Assembly: GCA_964599785.1 (NCBI GenBank)
Contig: CAZRHW010000001.1
Span: 1-40,720, forward strand
Direction of reading: 5' to 3'
Source: an uncultured Bacteroides sp.
GTDB lineage: Bacteria > Bacteroidota > Bacteroidia > Bacteroidales > SM23-62
Length of the DNA stretch: 40,720 nt
Positions 34,746 to 40,720 of the stretch are shown here, piece after piece; positions within the stretch are counted from its first letter, which is position 1, and every line of letters begins with the position of its first letter. The notes below the pieces were generated by a model. The model was not told the DNA's origin, ran no database searches, and saw nothing but the letters and a program-made list of their open reading frames with translations. Made by a program: the position numbers and the translations under genes.

Positions 34746-35325
34746 AAGGCGATTCTTTTCTAACTTGATTTAAAAAATACTCAAGATTTACGATAATCCG
34801 ATTTTCGGAGATGTCGTAACTTGCAAGCTCTTTGACATGCTCTTCAACCCGCGGAAGATCGATGCTTTCTTTACGTGATCTCATCAACACCAGGCAATCT
34901 TCAAAATCAACCGCTGTTCCACGAAAAAGTTTGCTGGCGATCAGATCATAGGGATTTAAAATACCGATATAAAGATGAGAAAACTCCTTAAATAGCGTAT
35001 GGTTTCCCTTTTCCAGGGGAGATTCCAATAAGTCTGTCGTATGAATACGTTGCCCCATAAACAAATCAAACACAAACAGGTTTCCACTTTTGTGCCAACC
35101 GGACCCTGTTTTCTGTTTATAGCCTAAATCCTTCAAAATTTTGATCAAATACCGGTACTCCTGTTCAATCGGGACTATAAAATCAACATCCTTAGTCGAT
35201 GGCTTGATATCCATCAAAGTCAAAGCGGTTCCACCGCAGGCAACCAGATGGACTTTACGTTTTAAAAACGCATTCCATTGTCCCAACAATTCTGTTAATG
35301 TCTGTTTGTTTAGCCTATATTCCAT
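34738..35325 (-). CDS. Minimal nucleotidyltransferase-fold protein (MNT/AbiEii/DUF6036-like)
   Basis: HLVACGGTALTLMDIKPSTKDVDFIV (GG..A...x...S.DvDf NTase signature). 195 aa. Confidence 0.6.
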   Translation of the reverse strand: MEYRLNKQTLTELLGQWNAFLKRKVHLVACGGTALTLMDIKPSTKDVDFIVPIEQEYRYLIKILKDLGYKQKTGSGWHKSGNLFVFDLFMGQRIHTTDLLESPLEKGNHTLFKEFSHLYIGILNPYDLIASKLFRGTAVDFEDCLVLMRSRKESIDLPRVEEHVKELASYDISENRIIVNLEYFLNQVRKESPYG

Positions 35326-35665
35326 TTATTGTACGTTTTAATACAGTTTTATGTATATATCAGTACAATCAATTGTATCAATACATACAACATAAGTTTA
35401 GTTTTGTCAAGACACATCTTTTATATAATCGAATCCATTAACCCACGTTTTCTTTGTGGGTTTCGAGTTCATTTTTTAAGCACCTTGTATTCTTGGGGTC
35501 GAATTGCATTTCGAAGATGATATCAATCAGCTAAAATGAGAAAATAAGGACAACAACAAATTGCTGCAATAATTTTGAATAAAACCGGATTAGATTATGT
35601 TGAGCCTGGCGCTCATCTTGAGAAGAGCGAATGCAGTTAAAAAATATGGGCATCCTTCTCAAAGG

Positions 35666-36538
35666 TTATGCAGATCCAGGAAGCGGTTGTGTATCACGAA
35701 TCAACTCCCCGTTCACCCAGATTTCAAGGTTCTCAAGTCTCCCACGCTGCTTTTCAAGCTCCCGTCTTGCCCATGGTGCCCATTTCTTCAACTGTGGGAG
35801 TAAGAAATATCCGCCGTTCTTATCTCCGATTGCAGTATATTTTCCCAAAACTACCCCTCCGGCAGTCAGCACACATACGAGGGCAGCCCGCTCCTCATGG
35901 TTGGCACAATTCTGACATTCCCTTAATAAAGCTCCCGATGGGTCCAGCTCATTAGTAAATTCACCAAAAGCATCAATTTCAAGCCATTGGTCGTACAGCC
36001 AGTCAAACTTTTTACCGCGTCGAAGATGTGGCATCATCTCGTAGCGGGTCACAGGCACTACGACCCCCAGGAATGCATTCGGAAATGCCTCGACGATATT
36101 TGTACCGGCCCAGACTCGAGGAAACTGAATTTTGCCATTAGAGTCGGAACAAATCGAAGCAATCTGGTTACCGGTATCAAATCCAGCCTTCCGGAGTTGT
36201 CTCCCAGTTCCACGGACATGAGAGAGACCAGGTTTGCATCTGCGCTGAAAAGCCCCGAAAGTGAACAACCTTTCGCAGGATCGGGCCTCCCAATGCAGTT
36301 CGGACAAAATCGGCGCATCAATTGCTGCGACCTCGGTTTCACCACGACAACCCAAAATCTCAGCCCGGCTTTCCCAGAGAGAGCTTGCTAGGCCAAGACT
36401 TAGTTGGCCATTTACAAGCCGCGCAACTCCAGTGGTTCGTCTAGTCGCTGAAAATCCTACATCCAAACCGATAATATCCAAACCTTGTCTCTCCAAATAA
36501 CTGCCATGCATCAAGGGATACTGCATAACGCCGGCCAT
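35666..36538 (-). CDS. DUF429-like RNase H-fold protein (predicted nuclease)
   Basis: GLDIIGLDVGFSATRRTTGVA ... EVAAIDAPILS pattern. Lies in a GC-rich patch with many shadow ORFs. The start is uncertain (ATG at 36538, 36526 or 36511). Confidence 0.5.
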   Translation of the reverse strand: MAGVMQYPLMHGSYLERQGLDIIGLDVGFSATRRTTGVARLVNGQLSLGLASSLWESRAEILGCRGETEVAAIDAPILSELHWEARSCERLFTFGAFQRRCKPGLSHVRGTGRQLRKAGFDTGNQIASICSDSNGKIQFPRVWAGTNIVEAFPNAFLGVVVPVTRYEMMPHLRRGKKFDWLYDQWLEIDAFGEFTNELDPSGALLRECQNCANHEERAALVCVLTAGGVVLGKYTAIGDKNGGYFLLPQLKKWAPWARRELEKQRGRLENLEIWVNGELIRDTQPLPGSA

Positions 36539-36625
36539 CGCGGGGACACAACCACGTGGCAGATGAACTTCACACTGTCATTTCCAGAAAATCTCGGCAT
36601 GGTTGCATGTCTGCGTGAATGGAGA

Positions 36626-37423
36626 TTATGCCTTTCCCCTAGCATTATCCCGACGAATGAGCGCTCTCAGTTCCTCTTCAATCTCCTTCGGGTTCCCAGA
36701 CCATTTCACGTATCTCTTGTCTCTTTGAATTGCCAACTCATTAACCATTTTAAGGATTTCCTCGGATGAACCAACCATGAGCGGAAGAACCCTTGTCATT
36801 CCCGAATCGATCTCTTGGCTCAGAGCGGCGTTCATCTCTTTCGTGGCCCAAGTTTTTCGGAGAAGAGAAGGCGAAACGACTACAATCACGAATCGAGAGC
36901 ATCGCAATCCTTCGTTGAGCTTTCCAACAATGCTGTCTCCCCATAGAATTTCGCCGCGATCATACCAGCATCTAATTCCAACCGAATCAAGATGTTTGTA
37001 CAATGGTTCGGCCACACTGACCTTTTCTTCACTCGCATGACAGATGAAGACATCCCAACGTTCGGGAGATACATGCTTCAGGTCAACAACAACGAAGCGG
37101 ATATAGGGACCAATCTCGGTCAAGACCGTTGCAATTTGACGGAACGCACGTTGGGCTTGGGCTTGGCTAGTTAGGATGCGAAAACTCTCATATTCTTGAA
37201 GTGGTACGTGGGCGAACAAGATCTGGAATTCGTCATTGAAGTGATTCGTTCCCTCACATATACGAAATGGGGCACGTTCGAGATACTCAACGGCAAGGTC
37301 TTCTCCTCGGGCGCGCAGGATCTGACGAGCATTCAGCATAAGGGATTCGTGCTCTTGTTCTTCAAAGGCATCCTCATGGATCTCGAAATCGCCAGCTCCG
37401 CTTCCTTGATATAGAGTAATCAA
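36626..37423 (-). CDS. TIR-domain protein (C-terminal TIR; about 125-aa unknown N-terminal domain)
   Basis: WDVFICHASEEKVSVAEPLYKHLDSVGIRCWYDRGEILWGDSIVGKLNEGLRCSRFVIVVVSPSLLRKTWATKEMNAAL, with the conserved W...E catalytic-Glu region present. Confidence 0.85.
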   Translation of the reverse strand: MITLYQGSGAGDFEIHEDAFEEQEHESLMLNARQILRARGEDLAVEYLERAPFRICEGTNHFNDEFQILFAHVPLQEYESFRILTSQAQAQRAFRQIATVLTEIGPYIRFVVVDLKHVSPERWDVFICHASEEKVSVAEPLYKHLDSVGIRCWYDRGEILWGDSIVGKLNEGLRCSRFVIVVVSPSLLRKTWATKEMNAALSQEIDSGMTRVLPLMVGSSEEILKMVNELAIQRDKRYVKWSGNPKEIEEELRALIRRDNARGKA

Positions 37424-37496
37424 TCTGACCTCCCCTTTCTTTTAGGCATAACAATTTTCACCGCGACGAGGGAGTCGAGTCCGCTGGAGAAAATGG

Positions 37497-38138
37497 TTAC
37501 ATTCGCTTATTATGTTTACATCTAAACCAGCGGTAAAGCGCATTCAAATTAAGGCCTATCCCAGCAAAGTTTGGTTTGACTTCAATAACATCTTCTATAT
37601 CATTACCATTCCTGGAAGGAGCTGATATTTTTCTTAATAAAACCACGTCAATTTCTTTATCAATACAAGAGTACATTGATTCAACATTTTTAGAGACATC
37701 CTTTTTTTCCACACTATCTGGGAATCCATTCCCCCGCAAGACCTGATCTGTCTGTGAAATTTCCTCATATAATCTGGATACCATTATTTTCAGAAGCTCT
37801 GCAGCCTCCAAGACGTATTCTTTGGGTTCTAATCCGCGATTTATACATTCTTGAGTTACTTCCTCTAAAACCTTCGCAATTCCGTGAGTGAAAAAAGGAC
37901 CAAAGTAATTCCAATAAACTCGTCGTGGGCTCCCCTCAAATTTTATCCCAGAATACGAAATATCTTTACCGTAAAAGTCTTTAATCTTTAGCTTCCATTC
38001 TGCACAAAACATTCGCCATTTAATTATCCGGTCTAAAATATCTTTATCTAAACTTTGAACAATGCGTTTAGTCCAAGGATATAGTGCAGTTCTATTCCCT
38101 ATTATCTCAAGAATTTTCAAAATACACCTTAAAAGCAT
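37497..38138 (-). CDS. Hypothetical 213-aa protein between the two TIR genes
   Basis: Intact ORF on the same strand as its neighbours. No motif recognised. Confidence 0.55.
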   Translation of the reverse strand: MLLRCILKILEIIGNRTALYPWTKRIVQSLDKDILDRIIKWRMFCAEWKLKIKDFYGKDISYSGIKFEGSPRRVYWNYFGPFFTHGIAKVLEEVTQECINRGLEPKEYVLEAAELLKIMVSRLYEEISQTDQVLRGNGFPDSVEKKDVSKNVESMYSCIDKEIDVVLLRKISAPSRNGNDIEDVIEVKPNFAGIGLNLNALYRWFRCKHNKRM

Positions 38139-38291
38139 TTAATCTCGGCAGTCAGTGGCAGCCAATGTTTTTACAACTCTTCATAAAGATAAAAATGGCT
38201 GATTTCCAAAAAACATTCTAAACCGGCCGAACACAACCTATAAAATGCATTGCAAATTAACTTAGCCAATATTGTTGGAACATTTTCCAGA

Positions 38292-39254
38292 TCATTCGAG
38301 AACCTGGAGAATTTTTTTAACAAGTTCCGGCACCCCATCTTCTGATCGCCCTGCCAATCTATCAGCTAGAGATGGTGAATGTCGTAGTAATGTTTCACGA
38401 TCTAACTCATGCCATATTGGCAGAATCGCTTTATCGCCATTTGCGGTTTCTTTCGCAACTAAACCGTCCAATTCTCTTTGTGGCCACTCTTTGGAAAGGA
38501 AATGAGGGCTTAAAATGACAACACCGTACTTGCACTTGCTGAGCCCATCATCTATTTTTCTCCTTAAACTATCACCAAGTTTTATGACGGCTTCATCAAA
38601 CCAGACTGAGATGCCGCTATCAATCAAGGCATTATAAAGAGGGCGCGCTATGGCATCTTTATCCTCTGATGCGTGAGAAATAAAAATATCATATATCATA
38701 TTATCATTATGGTGTTCCGTGGGATGTGATTCTTTTTCTAATAGCATCCAACCTTCAGCTGTAATCTCGAATTTAAAAACGAATGAATCATTAAGATCTG
38801 AAGGTCCATCAGTTCTACGGACTAAATTCCTCTCGATAAGTAATCGGAGAATGTAAATAAATTCAGCCTCATCAGACGCCCAAGCGAGAGGAAAGTCGAT
38901 TTTGGGGATAATTTCCAGTGCTTTGCCGTCAAATTCTGCCGATCTGCCAAAAGACCGTAGCAGGAGTAGCTGCTTATCTATAACACGGTATGTTGGCAGT
39001 GCAGGCTCAATGTCTTTAAGTGTACTCGAGTTGATTTCAGGGATATTATCACCCGAACCTTGTTGCTGTCGTATCCATGTTGAAAGCTTGGAACTCAGTC
39101 CTTTTCTTTCAAGCATTGCCACAGCAGTCCTAGTGATGGTGTACTTTCCACAGCGAGCACATTCAAGTGAGAAACGTTCACCATAATCCCAGATACGCAC
39201 ATTTTGTCTCTCAAGCTTGCATACTGGGCAAGACTCTATAATATTATTATTCAT
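38292..39254 (-). CDS. Zinc-ribbon, linker and TIR-domain protein
   Basis: N-terminal CPVCK...CARCGK (CxxC x19 CxxC). C-terminal YDIFISHASEDKDAIARPLYNALIDSGISVWFDEAVIKLGDSLRRKIDDGLSKCKYGVVILSPHFLSKEWPQRELDGL. Confidence 0.85.
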   Translation of the reverse strand: MNNNIIESCPVCKLERQNVRIWDYGERFSLECARCGKYTITRTAVAMLERKGLSSKLSTWIRQQQGSGDNIPEINSSTLKDIEPALPTYRVIDKQLLLLRSFGRSAEFDGKALEIIPKIDFPLAWASDEAEFIYILRLLIERNLVRRTDGPSDLNDSFVFKFEITAEGWMLLEKESHPTEHHNDNMIYDIFISHASEDKDAIARPLYNALIDSGISVWFDEAVIKLGDSLRRKIDDGLSKCKYGVVILSPHFLSKEWPQRELDGLVAKETANGDKAILPIWHELDRETLLRHSPSLADRLAGRSEDGVPELVKKILQVLE

Positions 39255-39342
39255 GATTATATCGTCAATTACCTAATGATCGCCCGGGCTGAATAGTGTG
39301 TGGCTTTTCTCACACATCCTCGTCCAACCCAATGTTGTCGAT

Positions 39343-40236
39343 TTACCTACCCTCAAGAAAAATCAAATATTTTTCCACCATATTCGAGGCAGACTTTCTT
39401 GCTATATCAAGCTCATGATTCTCAGCAGAACGAAGTTTACCTACAGCCTTACCTCTATGTCGTCCTTCTTCCAGCGGCTGGGAATTTGCGAGATCCCCTA
39501 TAATGTCCCACTCCTTGTTTGTAATGTACAGTTGTTTCATGGCATTTTTTTTCTTACCGAATCGAGCAGATAGAGCATCCCTGATTTCATATAGGTGCAC
39601 CAGCTCATTTTTTGGATCTTTTACCGCCATCTGGTAGCTTTTGAGCATTTGATCAAGGGTGCTGTCTATACTACGATATTTAGCTACTGTTTCAGAAAAC
39701 CACCTTTGCTTATCCAGTCTCTCTTTCTTCGAATCCGAGACAATATTTCCATCTTTGTCTCGAACCATTAAATCCACTGGCTTAATGGACACTTTCATTA
39801 CAATGGGTTCAACTTCTAAAAATGTATTCTTAGTTCCATCATTCCGCAATTCACTGCGACTCGGCTTATTTAAAATAAAATCTCGATGAGATATAAGTTG
39901 TACGGCTTGCAACCTAGTTTCAATCAAACGGGTTAGATACTCATTGATTTCTGGATGCTGCGAATAGAATAACGGTTCTATTTTAGCAAAAGCGACACCA
40001 TCACTTATTGAGAGCTCAAACCTCTCGTCTATAATATGTATTGGCTCTTCAAAATAGTTTTTTGGTGTATATTTCCACTCAAGTTGAACTTCAACGACTT
40101 CAAGCATAATTTTTACCGGTAACAAATAAGAATTTTTGAAACGCGAAGCCGTCACAAAAAAATCGAGTTGAACAGAAACGCTTCCGTCTTCACAGTTAGT
40201 GTGGAATTTTTTCTTATCATGAATAGGATTTTTCAT
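39343..40236 (-). CDS. Hypothetical 297-aa protein with a possible C-terminal HEPN-like motif
   Basis: C-terminus: LYEIRDALSARFG...EEGRHRGKAVGKLRSAENHELDIARKSASNMVEKYL. It contains R-x4-H (RSAENH) just before a terminal helix. Lies 88 nt upstream of the Zn-ribbon TIR gene. Confidence 0.5.
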   Translation of the reverse strand: MKNPIHDKKKFHTNCEDGSVSVQLDFFVTASRFKNSYLLPVKIMLEVVEVQLEWKYTPKNYFEEPIHIIDERFELSISDGVAFAKIEPLFYSQHPEINEYLTRLIETRLQAVQLISHRDFILNKPSRSELRNDGTKNTFLEVEPIVMKVSIKPVDLMVRDKDGNIVSDSKKERLDKQRWFSETVAKYRSIDSTLDQMLKSYQMAVKDPKNELVHLYEIRDALSARFGKKKNAMKQLYITNKEWDIIGDLANSQPLEEGRHRGKAVGKLRSAENHELDIARKSASNMVEKYLIFLEGR

Positions 40237-40405
40237 CCGGATCGAGCTGATTTTTGAGGGTAAGTATAGTCAGATTTGATTTCAATTGCAAGAATAAGGG
40301 ATATTGAGCTATATGGGTTATATTTTCATTTCAATGGCGCACTTTTTCTGTCACTGCGAGACCATCAATTCAGTGGGTTAGGCCACCCTGTTTGGGCTTC
40401 ATTTT

Positions 40406-40466
40406 TTTGCCAAAAATTTGCCAAAATTTGAAAAAAGATGGGTAAAACCCGGTAAAAATGGTGAAA
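40406..40466 (+). repeat. Two sets of short phased direct repeats next to the tRNA fragment
   Basis: TTTGCCAAAA at 40406-40415 and 40417-40426 (11-bp period). GGTAAAA at 40441 and 40451, and GGTGAAA at 40460 (9-10-bp period). Confidence 0.6.
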
Positions 40467-40559
40467 TCAGCGGAAGCGATGAAAGTTTATAATTGGTTGA
40501 TTTAATTGTTTTTAATTTACTTTTCGTTGCCTATTCTTACCAGTTCTTTTTGCCCTGAA

Positions 40560-40609
40560 ACCGACTTCGAATCCGTAGGCCGCAGGTTCGAATCCTGCCG
40601 GGCGTACCA
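40560..40609 (+). tRNA. 3' fragment of a tRNA gene (anticodon arm through CCA), not a complete tRNA; candidate att repeat
   Basis: T arm GCAGG-TTCGAAT-CCTGC (40582-40598), acceptor 3' strand CGGGCGT, discriminator A and CCA (to 40609). Possible anticodon loop CTTCGAA (anticodon TCG, Arg) whose stem has one mismatch. No complementary 5' acceptor strand (ACGCCCG) or D arm is found upstream. Confidence 0.65.
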
Positions 40610-40625
40610 TTTCTATTTAATGATT

Positions 40626-40670
40626 AAGGGATATTAGGATTATAACCTGATATCCCTTTTTTATTTTTTT
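40626..40670 (+). terminator. Rho-independent terminator following the tRNA fragment
   Basis: AAGGGATAT, a 15-nt loop, ATATCCCTT, then TTTTATTTTTTT. Confidence 0.8.
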
Positions 40671-40720
40671 CTCAGAATGCGTCAATTTTGCATCAGTTAA
40701 GAACAGATTCTGTACAAAGG

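Noticed and set aside
35597-36769. Plus-strand ORFs (35597-35803, 35631-35915, 35668-35955, 35987-36391, 36261-36500, 36485-36769) and the minus-strand ORF 36058-36345
   Set aside because: These overlapping frames are typical of GC-rich coding DNA read off-frame. Their translations are Arg/Ser/Pro-rich without motifs, whereas the 35666-36538 minus-strand frame has a coherent RNase H-like pattern.
36626-39254. Canonical Thoeris (ThsA plus ThsB)
   Set aside because: Two TIR (ThsB-like) genes are present, but no SIR2-SLOG or TM-Macro ThsA-like protein is recognisable in the window. I therefore report it as Thoeris-like or unclassified only.
40534-40609. A complete tRNA gene ending at CCA 40609
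   Set aside because: The 76 nt upstream of the CCA contain no 5' acceptor strand complementary to CGGGCGT and no D arm. Only the 3' 50 nt or so are tRNA-like.

Overview
A 40.7-kb, generally low-GC but compositionally mosaic accessory region that reads as a dense anti-phage defence island. No rRNA genes, CRISPR arrays, transposases or integrases are visible. From left to right: (1) A small gene plus a conserved hairpin, repeated in degenerate form 9.3 kb downstream. The two copies bracket two modules. The first is a divergently transcribed WYL-type regulator with a four-gene ubiquitin-like conjugation operon (Ubl-E2-JAB-E1, Bil-type). The second is a large RecB-nuclease/SF1-helicase fusion, preceded by the decayed 3' remnant of a second WYL regulator. 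(2) A 1847-aa GHKL-ATPase protein ending in a DUF3883-like nuclease fold. (3) Several poorly characterised genes: a GC-rich 405-aa orphan, an HTH/coiled-coil protein and an ankyrin protein. (4) A run of minus-strand small genes: two PD-(D/E)xK-like proteins, one HEPN-like protein, two tiny membrane proteins and a ParE/Phd toxin-antitoxin pair with a perfect 30-bp operator palindrome. (5) The most unusual element: a tightly translationally coupled minus-strand operon (24.2-33.5 kb). It encodes an excisionase-type HTH, a 924-aa alphaCTD/sigma4-like DNA binder, a PLD-nuclease/SF2-helicase fusion, an untracked 57-aa ORF, a DndD-like ATPase, a 147-aa protein and a radical SAM enzyme. It lacks DndA/C/E and any methyltransferase, and I cannot assign it to a named system. 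(6) A RhuM remnant and a nucleotidyltransferase pair. (7) Two adjacent TIR-domain modules without a canonical Thoeris ThsA. One is paired with an RNase H-like (DUF429-like) protein in a GC-rich patch, the other with a possible HEPN protein. (8) A tRNA 3' fragment plus intrinsic terminator at the right edge, consistent with an island att boundary. All functional calls rest on motif recognition by eye and need profile searches to confirm.
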